From assembly GCA_000934665.2 (NCBI GenBank), contig KZ538430.1, forward strand, positions 1 through 64,000: a stretch of DNA of 64,000 bases, in the 5' to 3' direction. Source of the DNA: Catajapyx aquilonaris (lineage: Eukaryota). Numbering within the stretch: the stretch's first letter is position 1; every line of letters starts with the position of its first letter. The translations under genes were made by a program, and so were the position numbers. The notes beneath the pieces were generated by a model, which saw only the letters and a program-made list of their open reading frames with translations, was not told the origin of the DNA and did no database searches. This document shows, in pieces, positions 48,901 to 58,448 of this stretch.

Positions 48901-51900
48901 AGTTGGTTTTTTCCTTCACAGCCCAACATGAGCAACTGGCTACCCTACCTAATCAACTTTCCCACACAACTTATCATAACCTAACCTTTAGGAGCAACTG
49001 GATAATAAACTTGAATTTAACATGAAATCTTACAACTCTTACTTGTAAACAATCATTTGCACATTTATTAAAATTCTTACAATTTGTTCACAGATATGGT
49101 ACATTTTCAATTGAATAGATGGGTTAATATATAAAGTTAATTTCAGATATTTTAAAACCAATTCTGATGGGAGGTTATAATTATGTTAAAAATCCCAAAT
49201 CCTGAGGTCTTTGGCTGTTCCTAGCAGTTATTCGAATGCATCTAACAAGGAAAGGTCATCCATTGTAGATGGAGTTGGTGAATGAAACTTGGCACAATAA
49301 TATCGGCAGGTAAGTTATTAACTAAAATGCAAACCGTTTCGGCCCAGGGCTACAAGGTCAAATGTTATGACCTCTTGATGTCAGCCCTGACAGCTTACCT
49401 AAGTGGGAATGGTAAAGCACTGGAAGATGAAAAGAAACATAGCAAATTAGCACTTATGCATGTTTTAAATTATATGTTCAAAACAAAACACACTTGTACA
49501 ATGAGCACATCTCATAAATGACAAGTTCCTGCATTGCAGGCATGTATCATTTGGACTACTACGACTCGAGTCAAAGCAGAACTCTGAAGGCGTTTGGAAC
49601 GCATCAGGCTTCTCTTCCAAATAACCAGCTTCGTAAAATGAAGTTAACAAAATAAGGGGCCGAAAACTGAAAATTAGTCTGCTTTTTTGAGTGCAATATC
49701 TGAAACTTTGCTCCTATAAGGTAAGCTGTCCAGGCTGATATCGAGAGGTCTTAACTTTTGACCTTGCAGTGTTGGGCTGACCCGGTTTGCATTTTGGTTA
49801 ATAACTTACCTGCTTCTATTATTGTGCCAAGTTTCATTCAGCAACTCCATCTACAATGGATGACATTCCCTTGTAGGTTGAGCAAAAATTGATTCTGCTG
49901 CTATGTGTTGAACTGATGTGGTTCTGGGATCTTTCATAGGTGTCCTGGTAAAACCTCGCTCTCCCTTTTCCAACCAGTGCTGAGATATTCAAGTTTTGAA
50001 AGCTTGTCTTTGGAAACTGGCCCTGACAGGTTAATATAATAATGCCAACGATGCCAAGGACAACAATAATAATAATTCCAGTGCAAGATGGGACCTTTAA
50101 TTGTGATGAAAATGATTCATTGCATAGCTATGCTGTAATACCAAGCAATACTAATGGGACACCACACTTGATTGACAAGTTGATCTCTAAAAATTGAACG
50201 AAGAATTCTTGATTCAGAGGGTAGTGCTGATGACAGCATGTGGAGAACCCACATGGATTCTGCAGGAATTTTCATCATGGATGCATTTGGTATATTAATA
50301 TTGGACCAATAAATGCAGTTATTTTAGCATTGTGACGTTTTATTTTCCTACAAGGCTTGAACTAGTTCCTTCAAACTGTTTATTCATGGAGTACACAACT
50401 ATCAGCCTCATAGCAGATTCAAAATTAATAACAAAAGCCAACCCACAAAACATGGCATGTCTATTGGCAATTCATCCTGTCAACAGACACCTTTGCAATG
50501 TCTACCAGTTTCAGACAGGCATATTGGTGTTGGTAACATGGATGGACAAGCGCTAGGATTTGTAATTAATTCATTTCCTCACATTTGCCAGTGGCAAGGA
50601 GGAGAACGATGGGCAGAGCTGGTTGACTCACTTCATGCAGTGGGAGTTTCCAGATGATGTGTATTGAATCCCTTATTATCTCTTTTCTACCACTGTCATC
50701 TAGTGATCCCTCTATGTAGCAAATGACAGGGGTTTGACCAACTTTGACCTCTCCCCCAAGAGTTACCCTGCAGTTATGATAAAAACTAATTGCACCAGGA
50801 TTTTGGCCAATATTTAGGGCCCAATTTGTCAACTGAGTTCAGGTTCCCTTTATTCTACACAAAAGTCAGAAAGTTGAGTGCGGTTGAGTGTTTCTTCCAC
50901 ACTCACATACCAACCTCTAGATTTTCCTGGTGATTTTCCTATTTCATTGTCAGTTTCAGCTGATACACTGTTGCTCTCAACTTCAGCAGCACTAAGATCC
51001 TGCAAAAATAAAGTAGGTTTATAAGATTACATAAAAGCCTGTCCTACATTCATTTTTCTTACAAGTTATTTAGTAAATGGGCAAATCTGTAAAGTAAATC
51101 ATGCTAATAGAAGGTGAAAATCCACTGACCATGGTGTTACCCTCAGAAGATGCAGAAACAAATGGGGCATGAACATTTACCATTGGAAGTATGGTAAAAG
51201 TCTGAAACATATGTTTTGATCGAGTGGAAAGTACTGGAAAACCCAGAGAGAACACACTGAAACTTCCACACCAGAAAATCCATAGCTTCATTGGGGGATC
51301 AGCCTTGAGGCCTCACATGTATAAGGCAGGTTCTAAACCACTTATACCACAATGATGCCCACAAGAAGCTATATGCAAGCTTTGGGATATTTGAATTTAT
51401 TATAAGCATGAACCCATGTCAGCATTAGTATCCAATTCCACTTCTACAGGTACAGGATTGTAGACCCTAATTATGCCGGTGGAAACAGTTGATTTCCTCG
51501 CCATCACATTTTTTGAAATAATGATGTTGGGAGTATTGAAAAGAAGTCTGTTTTCCTCATGTCAACACTATTCACAACCCCCCACATGGCAGTGTTTAAG
51601 GAAACTCTGGAAAACCTTGATCTTGCAAGTTACATATTATTATGCAATAACTACTTATGTGTGAGCCATGACTTATTTGAGAATCTTACACAGATTACAA
51701 CACAGCCATTAACAACTGTCAGCATATTGCAATAAAACATTCTTACAACATGATACAGTAAACGTGCTTATTCAACCCTTTTATGTCAGCATTACCGTAT
51801 ACACCATGATTTCTTTAGATTTTTTCCTTCACCTTAATTACTTATTGCATAACGCTGTACTGTCCTGGCTTCATTGATCACACCTACAATCTCAACAGAA

Positions 51901-52267
51901 TGAATTTGCCTTCCTAATTATGATACCAAATGTACTGGTTTCAGGAACTGCCCACTGACACAATAAAAAGCTTTTTAAAAAGTTATGAACATCAACAATA
52001 ATTAATGTATTTTAAAATTTACATGGGGCACAAATTCGAGAAAGACTGTACAATTTTGCCTGTCAGGAAGCTGACAATTGTGACTCACTTGTTCCAATAA
52101 AAAATAATGAGGAAAATTACAGCAAAATCCCACGAAGGGTATATAATAAATCATACACATCCAATAATTATTTTTTTAGAGTTTCATCCATGTGGGATCC
52201 CATTCTCTACAGTCTACATAGAGCTTTATTACGTACTTATGTATATGGTATAAGTTGCCTCATGCAG

Positions 52268-52353
<86 letters not shown>

Positions 52354-55300
52354 GGATACCCTGTGATAGGCCTCCTTGGGCCTCTTAGGGGATCATCTTT
52401 TTGTGAACCGTCTTTAATCATTGCCTGCGCTGTGATGGATTTTGATTGTGGGAGGAAATGGGAGAACCCCGAGAAAACCCACACGAACACGGAGAGAACC
52501 CATCGAAACTCTATCCACATAAGTATCGTCCATCCAATCAGGGGATCAAATTCGGGACTTCAGAGGTGGAAGGCTGCGGAGCTAACCACTATGCCACCGT
52601 GTCGCTCATGGAGCCTGAATATTGGCTTTAGAAGTGCTGTTGTGCATCATGAATAGAGACACGTCATACGAAGGCTTTTTTTGTTCCCCATGTACAGTGC
52701 TTGTCTTGTGTAGCTACTTAATTAGACCAAGTTGTCAGAAGCCTTACTTAGGCAATTCTGGAACTCCTCTGGCAACCAAGATAATATTCTTGATCTCACC
52801 AATATAATTCCATTAGCTTGAAAACCAGAGTCTTCTGTAGATGTAAAGCCATCTTTTGGTTGTACAACATATTTGTTCCATTTCCTTTGGCATGTGCAGA
52901 CTATCAACCTCACACAGAAGAGCCAGTCAAAAGGAAAGTGACTTATCACAAATTTTTAAAATTCTTAAGAGACACAAGCTACATCCACTATGCTCTGACC
53001 TAGTATTGAACCATAGCACAGTGCGGCAGAATTAATCGGAAAAAGTTGGTCAGAAGTCACCAGTTCAATTGTGACCTGCAAAGTGCATGAATTTTCGAAA
53101 TTGTCATTCAAGGAGCACATTTTGATAGAATGTGCATGTGAATCAGTCATTGGAAGAACATGGCGGCCGTGAATCCAATATATGTATAGAGAGCCATAGT
53201 AAAACATACAGCCGAAATCATCCCTAGACAATTTTATTTGGTCAAGGAAGCCATTCAAAATAAATGTGTCCTCTACATAAAATGAGCTACATTTGTTATT
53301 TTTATAATGGCGGTCGGGAATCCAATATATCGCATCCCGGCAATAACAGGGGCACAAGTCCAACAATGACGATTTTGACTTATTACTAGAGCAGGGTCCA
53401 TGACCGTGTGCACATTCAGAATGCATATTCTGATTTTAAAAAATTAAAAATTAATTATTCTGATTATTCGAATGCTGCATCAATACCTGATTTATGATAA
53501 CACTATACCAACACTATACAACTTTCAAAGTGCTCTCCTGTGAAATTGACTTTTTGGACTTGTGCCCCTGTTATTGCCGGGGTGCGATATGTATAGAGAG
53601 CCATAATAAAACATACAACCCAAATCATTCCAAGTCAATTTTGTTTGGTCTAGGAAGTTATTCAAAACGAATGTGTCCTCTACATGAAACGACGAAAAAA
53701 ATTCATTTTAAAAATGGTGACCGTTCACAGTGTAAGATATAGAGTGTGGAGCAAACCGCCATTTTTAAAAGTAACAACTTTCGGTCATTTTATGTAGAGG
53801 ACACATTTATTTTGAATGGCTTCCTTGACCAAATAAAATTATCTTGGGATGATTTCGGTTGTATTTTTTACTATGGCTCTCTATACATATATTGGATTCA
53901 CAGCCGCCATGTTCTTCCAATGACTCACTCACATGCACATTCTATCAAAATGTGCTCCTTGAATGGCAATTTCGAAAATTCATGCACTTCCCAGGTCACA
54001 ATTGAACCGCAGATCTTCTGTCATCTTTTTTGGATGCAGATCCGTAATCGTAGCCAAGAGCAAAGATACGTCGTTTATTCTTATGTGCAAATATGTGCAA
54101 TACTTTTTGCCTGAGTAAGCTCAAGCATAACATTGGCTATCACCCACTGACCAAAAAGTAGCGGAGCGAGGCGGCGAAAGGACTGTAGGCCTAACTTCGT
54201 GTGAAAATGTCACTTTTAAATTATCGCTATCTTCTGAATTTTTTGTGCCTTTATAATGGAAGATTTAAAAATATCATAATATTGGACAGAGAGAGCACAC
54301 AATACTTAATGTTGTCACATATGTTTCTTTACATTCCCTATCACACTTTTTGGAATCAATGAAATATTATTTGGTGCTACTTTTGCCTGCGATACAGGAA
54401 GCGTAAAATCTGCCATGTTTGACACGTTATTGTGGCATAACAAAGGAACCCACGTCGAAAATATTCGACAGTCTCATAGGTTGGACATTTTCGATTGTGA
54501 TAAGATCCTCTTTTATTATTGCAAAGAAAGTTCGCATTTTTTGTTCTTGGCCAGCTTTTTCGGATTCTGCCGCACTGTGCATAGGTAATGTCACAAGAAA
54601 AGCTGTCAATGTTAACCGATGCAAAACTGTGAATGAACTCCTTCCCAATACCTCTACAAGGAACTTTTCTCGTAGGGCACAATCATGCTGATGTCTGATA
54701 ATTCTCCTATCCCATAAATTTGGATATTGTGCAAGTGTAGTTAAAGCATTATTGCTTATTCTAGAGTTAATCTACTTCTGGCTGTGTCAACTTGTTTTCG
54801 AGACAGTTCAAGCTCTTGTTTGTCAGACAGTGGGAGGAAGGTTGCATTTCGTCAGAAGTTGTTAAATGATAGCAACAAGTCTTCACAAACAGCTGATAAC
54901 TGATTCTCAGAAGAAATTAAACTTTTCACTTTATGTATTCCACAGGTAATGTGTAGACAAAATTATGCTTGATACTAGCATACCTGGCCTTATAATGTCA
55001 TATCCATATAGCCACCAATTGTGCCTTTTCTACAATTTGGTCATCCCCATTTTTAAAGGCATGCTGCAATATGCTTTGTAATATGGCAATAATAATAAAT
55101 TAAAATGCACACCTGTTAAACTTGTTACATGTCCATAGAGGAACCCATATACAAGTGTCACTCAGGAAATTTTTCTGCAAATTTTACATTTTACAAACAA
55201 AATATATGGCAGACATCAAAATTGTACTGAAAATATAAATTAAACCCCTTCTTACATTCCTTACATACCACTTTAACATAGCACCTGTATAGTCAACTCC

Positions 55301-58300
55301 CAAGTAAGAATATTCATCTGCTTTTGTGAACCACATCTTGACCGCCCTGATCACTTCATTACTAGTTTTTTAAGTTTCCTGCTGCAAATGGCAATTGACC
55401 CAAGAGGTGGAAATCTGGGGGGTGCCAGGTTCAAAGATGATAATGAAGTGATTGGTGAAATGAAGAAGTGGCTCAGAAAAGGAGACGATGATTATTAGTG
55501 ATGGGGCTTAGAGGACCTTGTTCCAAGGTGCTACAAAGCCACTGCAAATGGAGCAGTCTACACTGAAGTGTAACTAGAGCTTCAAGGTATCTTTTCCAAT
55601 ACTTTTTGTCCCTGCATCTATTTTGTTTACAAGTAATAAAAATTGGGGGAAATGTTCTGAATAGGCCTTGTAGCGTAACAAGTACACAGAAAATATCACA
55701 AAATGGAAATGTCTACATGAGTTGGAATTGCTCAAAGCAGTATGATGCAGTGGCGCTTAGCACTCTTGTCTACACTTTCAATTTTACGCATGTCATATAG
55801 CCTACTCATTCTTTGAATTGTTGTTGGTTACATCACACTGGGACTGTGCCCCTCAAAAGTCCCACTCCACTGTTGGCCTTGTTGCACTTGTATCAACAAA
55901 GATATTTACAAAGGTGGGTGATGGACACTGCAATACATGTCATGGAAATGGTCATTACTTACTAGCAAAAAAAAACTGCATTTCAGAGAAGCCCTCACAC
56001 ACATTGTGGACATTTAGGTACATTTACATAAAGTGGCATTATTATTATTGGCATGACTGGCAAACATGAAGCCTCAAATGTTCATCTGTATGTATAAGGT
56101 ACTTGCTTACATGTCACCTTATCTGAATGGCACCCACCACCTAGACCCAAATGTGATAACAGGAGGAAATGGTGTTTCAAAGATAGGGAGTTGTCACATC
56201 ATGCATTTGACACACAGTACTTTGGAAATTTTCATGCATGACAAGGCGAGTTTGTCTTTGCAAGAGACTTTTCACCATTTGGGTTGAGGTCATGGGTCAC
56301 CACTGCCTTTCAAGTTCTTAGGTGCATTTTAGCTGCATGGGCACATTACAATTGAAGGTCACTAATGAGGGATTTTATTTCAGCGATTAGAGGTCTACCA
56401 CTTGGAAAAATCCAGATTCGATCCCTGGTGGTGACCATCCTGACAGTTTGTTTTTACTCTAGTTCCTCCCAAAATAATTCAAAGTTGGCACAGCCTCCTC
56501 CTTACTTCACAATCCTTCTCTAATACTGGAGAGTCAGAGTGGTGCTGCTGTAACGTATGCGCCCATGGATGTAAGGGTCCCGGGTTCGATCCCAAGCGCG
56601 GCATTTCCCCCCTTCATCTCGTGCAGAGTTCGGGGTCATCTCTGGCTTTGTCTCAGGTTGGATTTCCACTAGACCAGCGGTTCCCAAACTGTGCTCCGCA
56701 GAGGATCTCCAAGTGCTCCGCGAAAAGATTGGGAAATAAAATATGTAAAATAAATGTGACAAGATCTCAAAATTTGTCCGGCCATGAACTGTGAATTTGA
56801 TATAAAAATTATTTAGCTCCTGCAGCATATGGTTTCAATGCAATAAAATCGTCTCGAATTCGAAATATAATTCGTGGTTTTGCTCTACGATGAAATATCG
56901 ACAAACAGCTTGAAAAATACAGTGAGGTAAAAACAGCCAAAATTGCACTACGTGCCTTTGGCATATCGATGATGTTAGTCAGTGGCGTAGGCAGGGGGGT
57001 GGGGCTACCCCCCACGAAATGTTTGAAATAGCATTAAAAATTACTAATTCATGGTGTTTTGGAAAAAGTGCTACCAATTACATCAAATACACACCCATTC
57101 AAATCTCCCACATTCACCTAAGCTCGTGTGACCTTGAATCGCCCTAAAAATTTCACCTGTGGAGGCCATGCTCCCCGCCCTTTACGGCTTGTTCGCCTGC
57201 TTATATGACCCCCCCCCCCCCTCCCCGAAAATTCTTCTGTCTACACGCCTGTGTTAGTGCTCCGTCATGAATAATTTCTCTCCTGAAAAGTGCTCCGCGA
57301 GTCAGAAAGTTTGGGAACCGCTGCACTAGACTAACCACCCGGGGGAATTCACAAAATGACGCAGCAACGACATTGCATTACACATCCCCTCCCTGTCACC
57401 CCACCCGAGGACCCGGGCGACTAGCGCACGTAGGTTCCATTGTAAACATGTGCGACGATAATAATGAAGGTCTGTGCGATATACCCCATGAGGCTGAAAG
57501 CACTACACGGATTATTATTATTATTATTATTACTACTACTACTATCCTTCTCTCATGAATGTGTCGCATGTTGTATGAACTGGGGATATGCCTTCACATC
57601 CTGCTGTCCCATAGTGAGCATATTGTTGAATTGTGATCAAGGTCTGCAATGTTAGGTCTCATACGAGTCATAATACTCTTAGCATTTACACTACGCAAGT
57701 CAGAAAAAGCAACACACACAATATTAGGTCATATGATTACTGCAGGTGCTATCCAGTTTCTCTACAGAACATTCACACTTCACCAACATTAACAGCTTAA
57801 TCTCAGACCACTGGTATCTTACAACCTGCATAGTACAATTTCTCTGGTTCCCAAATATTTCTGTCCTGGTTTTCATCAGTTACAACATATATGCATTGAT
57901 AAACCTCCATTGGGACCAAACAAAAATTGGGTCATGAAGAAGTTACCGTTGAACCAAGGGTCTGTTATGGATAAGCCCCATCACATGAGTGGCATGGCTT
58001 TTACTTGCATGGAGTTAGTTACGGTGTGCAAATTTGAAACCTAAACTTATTCGTAAGTGCAGGATATAATGCACCACACAGCATAACACACTGCTATGTT
58101 TTTTCAAAGTCCCGTGGCAATTACAACACTTCCACACATGGCAGCCATGAAATCAATGCAAGTCATACTACTGACCTTCAACCAATGCTATTATTAACAC
58201 TGCATGAGAGTTATTGTAGTTACACCCATTTTTCACTACTTGTTAAGCACCTTTCCACTTACTGAATCAGAGTTGTGTCCTACCCGGACCTTCGTCTCCA

Positions 58301-58448
58301 CCGTCAATGCTCCCAGATCCTCCGCATTCATCGTTGGTGATTTCTTGGATGAAAACCGCTGGTAGCTACGGTCACGCCCCAACTTGCGTGGCTTATGCCC
58401 AGACAGCGTAGCAGCATCGGCCGACATCTGACGCACAAGGGATGCCAT
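27806..58448 (-). CDS. OSBPL6: Oxysterol-binding protein-related protein, ORP3/6/7 subfamily (multi-exon, ~984 aa)
   Basis: 17 exons join with GT-AG sites and consistent phases: 58448-58263, 50999-50915, 48214-48075, 48016-47849, 47782-47614, 40961-40714, 40659-40504, 40440-40251, 39945-39695, 32751-32559, 32503-32328, 29940-29610, 29556-29396, 28816-28672, 28599-28473, 28351-28229, 27911-27806 (2955 nt). PH motif [23 protein letters not shown]-like EYYDAKD, ORD motifs [17 protein letters not shown] and [10 protein letters not shown]. Symbol is approximate; likely co-orthologue of OSBPL3/6/7. Confidence 0.95.
28229..28351 (-). CDS. OSBPL6: ORP exon 16
   Basis: [25 protein letters not shown]...HVPYWF. 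Confidence 0.95.
28473..28599 (-). CDS. OSBPL6: ORP exon 15
   Basis: [14 protein letters not shown]...[12 protein letters not shown]. Confidence 0.95.
28672..28816 (-). CDS. OSBPL6: ORP exon 14
   Basis: [13 protein letters not shown]...LFGKWSE...VWRL. Confidence 0.95.
28994..29238 (-). mobile_element. Short RTE-like non-autonomous retroposon without a tRNA head
   Basis: 12 bp TSD ACCCATT(C/A)ATTA; (AAACCT)n tail; 5' motif CACCTTATCGTGGTAGTGGGGTTTGCAT...GAGCTATGCC resembling RTE 5'UTRs. Confidence 0.75.
29396..29556 (-). CDS. OSBPL6: ORP exon 13
   Basis: [38 protein letters not shown]...CKLTFVK, translated by hand. Confidence 0.95.
29610..29940 (-). CDS. OSBPL6: ORP exon 12, ORD fingerprint
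   Basis: [13 protein letters not shown]...[12 protein letters not shown]...EQVSHHPP...KFWGKSME. Confidence 0.97.
30271..31923. mobile_element. Non-autonomous piggyBac-like element
   Basis: TTAA|CCCCTTTGCTAC ... GTAGTGAAGGGC|TTAA (degenerate right end); contains SINE 31312-31661. Confidence 0.8.
31312..31661 (+). mobile_element. tRNA-derived SINE, family C
   Basis: A box TGGCCTAGATGG, B box GGTTCGATCCC, (TAAA)n tail, TSD ATTCC(G/A)TATATT. Confidence 0.88.
32328..32503 (-). CDS. OSBPL6: ORP exon 11, ORD N-terminus
   Basis: RRVKLPAP...[31 protein letters not shown]. Confidence 0.95.
32559..32751 (-). CDS. OSBPL6: ORP exon 10 with FFAT-like motif
   Basis: SEYYDAKD (EYYDAKD at 32694-32674) followed by an acidic Ser-rich tract; CCTAG| and G|GTATGA. 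Confidence 0.9.
34550..34726. mobile_element. hAT (Tip100-like) MITE spanning a gap
   Basis: CAGTGGCGGATCTA ... TAGATCCGCCACACTG; 8 bp TSD TACCAACT. Confidence 0.88.
34740..34982. mobile_element. Solo right end of the piggyBac-like family
   Basis: Homologous to 31685-31923; ends GGTATAGCTGGTAGCAAAGGGG|TTAA. Confidence 0.85.
35405..36788. mobile_element. Large foldback/palindromic element, unclassified
   Basis: ~480 bp inverted arms CTACTATCTGTTTATTTAATATAGAGCCC... / ...GGGCTCTATATTAAATAAACGGATAGTAG; ~65 bp spacer near 35890-35955. Confidence 0.92.
36334..36663. mobile_element. Tc1/mariner MITE nested in the foldback right arm
   Basis: TA|CAGGGTGTCT ... AGACTCCCTG|TA; absent from the left arm. 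Confidence 0.88.
38636..38855. mobile_element. Harbinger-like MITE
   Basis: AGGTGCGTTTTACGTGTGAG ... CTCACATGTAAACGCACCT with TWA flanks; related to 45970-46102. Confidence 0.7.
39082..39212. mobile_element. ~130 bp palindromic MITE, copy 1
   Basis: TAGTCTGGTGACCCTGGGTAGCTT ... AAGCTTACCCTGGGTCACCAGACTA; near-identical to 42382-42511; TWA flanks. Confidence 0.85.
39695..39945 (-). CDS. OSBPL6: ORP exon 9 (coiled-coil region)
   Basis: [10 protein letters not shown]...[15 protein letters not shown]| and |GTAAGT. Confidence 0.9.
40251..40440 (-). CDS. OSBPL6: ORP exon 8
   Basis: MSSSNLT...[15 protein letters not shown]| and G|GTGAGT. Confidence 0.85.
40504..40659 (-). CDS. OSBPL6: ORP exon 7
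   Basis: [22 protein letters not shown]...; |GTAAGT donor. Confidence 0.85.
40714..40961 (-). CDS. OSBPL6: ORP exon 6
   Basis: ...[10 protein letters not shown]...; CCAG| phase 1 and |GTAGGT (an alternative donor lies 4 nt downstream). Confidence 0.85.
41459..41622. mobile_element. Tc1/mariner MITE
   Basis: TA|CAGTGTTGGACATTAATCGCGTCG ... CGACGCGATTAATGTCCAACCCTG|TA. Confidence 0.88.
42050..42333. mobile_element. hAT-like MITE with right end lost in a 1-N gap
   Basis: CAGGGGTGGATTT start; 8 bp TSD CATGTATA at 42042 and 42334. Confidence 0.75.
42382..42511. mobile_element. ~130 bp palindromic MITE, copy 2
   Basis: Near-identical to 39082-39212. Confidence 0.85.
42754..43018. mobile_element. 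hAT-Charlie-type MITE
   Basis: CAGTGGTTCCCAACC ... GGTAGGGAACCACTG; TSD G(T/C)CTAGAG. Confidence 0.9.
43195..43387 (+). mobile_element. Degenerate copy of the V-domain-like SINE
   Basis: GGTTAGCACCATAGCCTTCCACCTCTGAGG and CACAATCAAAATCC shared with the 8758 and 52604 copies. Confidence 0.7.
43440..44653. mobile_element. Tc1/mariner derivative built from two inverted 3' ends, with transposase C-terminal fragment
   Basis: TA|CAGGGTGGGGCA ... TGCCCCACCCTG|TA; minus-strand ORF 43569-43817 contains [20 protein letters not shown]; 43830-44070 is an inverted copy of 43505-43730. Confidence 0.9.
44075..44577. mobile_element. Kolobok-like MITE (nested)
   Basis: TTAA|AGGGACACTCCACTC ... GAGTGGAGTGTCCCT|TTAA; internally palindromic. 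Confidence 0.88.
45970..46102. mobile_element. Harbinger-like MITE
   Basis: TTA|AGCCATGTTTACATGTGAGCG ... CGCTCACATGTAAACGCGGCT|TTA. Confidence 0.85.
46322..46566. repeat. Long hairpin (~113 bp arms, 19 nt loop)
   Basis: 46322-46434 is the reverse complement of 46454-46566 with few mismatches. Confidence 0.95.
46548..46797. mobile_element. GAAGACCTC-terminated MITE, copy 2
   Basis: Homologous to 24223-24468 along its whole length. Confidence 0.85.
47614..47782 (-). CDS. OSBPL6: ORP exon 5, PH domain end
   Basis: [26 protein letters not shown]| and |GTAAGT. Confidence 0.93.
47849..48016 (-). CDS. OSBPL6: ORP exon 4, PH domain
   Basis: RYFVLDKG...[11 protein letters not shown]...IFHLK; canonical sites. 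Confidence 0.95.
48075..48214 (-). CDS. OSBPL6: ORP exon 3, PH domain start
   Basis: EWEILEGL...[17 protein letters not shown]| and |GTATGG. Confidence 0.95.
48554..48863 (+). mobile_element. tRNA-derived SINE, family D
   Basis: A box TGGTCTGGTGG, B box GGTTCAAATCCC, 12 bp TSD AACTAGTAGTAC. Confidence 0.88.
49246..49873. mobile_element. Tc5/Tc4-like deletion derivative with Cys-rich transposase tail remnant
   Basis: ~150 bp TIRs CAAGG...CCTTG flanked by cTAA/TAG; internal minus-strand peptide [22 protein letters not shown]...CLQC...CAHC....CFEH. Confidence 0.8.
50915..50999 (-). CDS. OSBPL6: ORP exon 2 ([11 protein letters not shown]...GKSR)
   Basis: TTTTTGCAG| acceptor, AG|GTTGGT donor, 85 nt; bridges phase 0 to the phase-1 PH exon. 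Confidence 0.75.
52276..52604 (-). mobile_element. tRNA-derived SINE with V-domain-like core
   Basis: Homologous to 8758-9010; long (ATT)n tail; 17 bp TSD CTCATG(C/G)AGCCTGAATA. Confidence 0.92.
53017..54579. mobile_element. Non-autonomous Transib element
   Basis: CATAG|CACAGTGCGGCAGAAT ... ATTCTGCCGCACTGTG|CATAG: 5 bp TSD and CACAGTG termini. Confidence 0.9.
55412..55670 (+). mobile_element. mariner transposase C-terminal remnant and 3' end
   Basis: [21 protein letters not shown]...[11 protein letters not shown]...GAVYTEV* with internal stops. Confidence 0.75.
56675..57323. mobile_element. hAT-Charlie-type MITE
   Basis: CAGCGGTTCCCAAACT ... AGTTTGGGAACCGCTG; perfect 8 bp TSD CACTAGAC. Confidence 0.92.
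56980..57251. mobile_element. hAT (Tip100-like) MITE, innermost insertion
   Basis: CAGTGGCGTAG ... CTACACGCCTG, flanked by TGTTAGT repeats. Confidence 0.75.
58263..58448 (-). CDS. OSBPL6: ORP coding exon 1 (MASLVRQ...HNSDS)
   Basis: ATG at 58448, donor TCA|GTAAGT, phase 0 matching the next exon; upstream acceptor TAG| at 58478 implies a 5'UTR intron. Confidence 0.7.

Larger units (their letters stand above)
56528..57545 (+). mobile_element. SINE family B interrupted by nested hAT elements
   Basis: Homologous to 17282-17628 on both sides of the insertion; (ATT)n tail. Confidence 0.88.
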
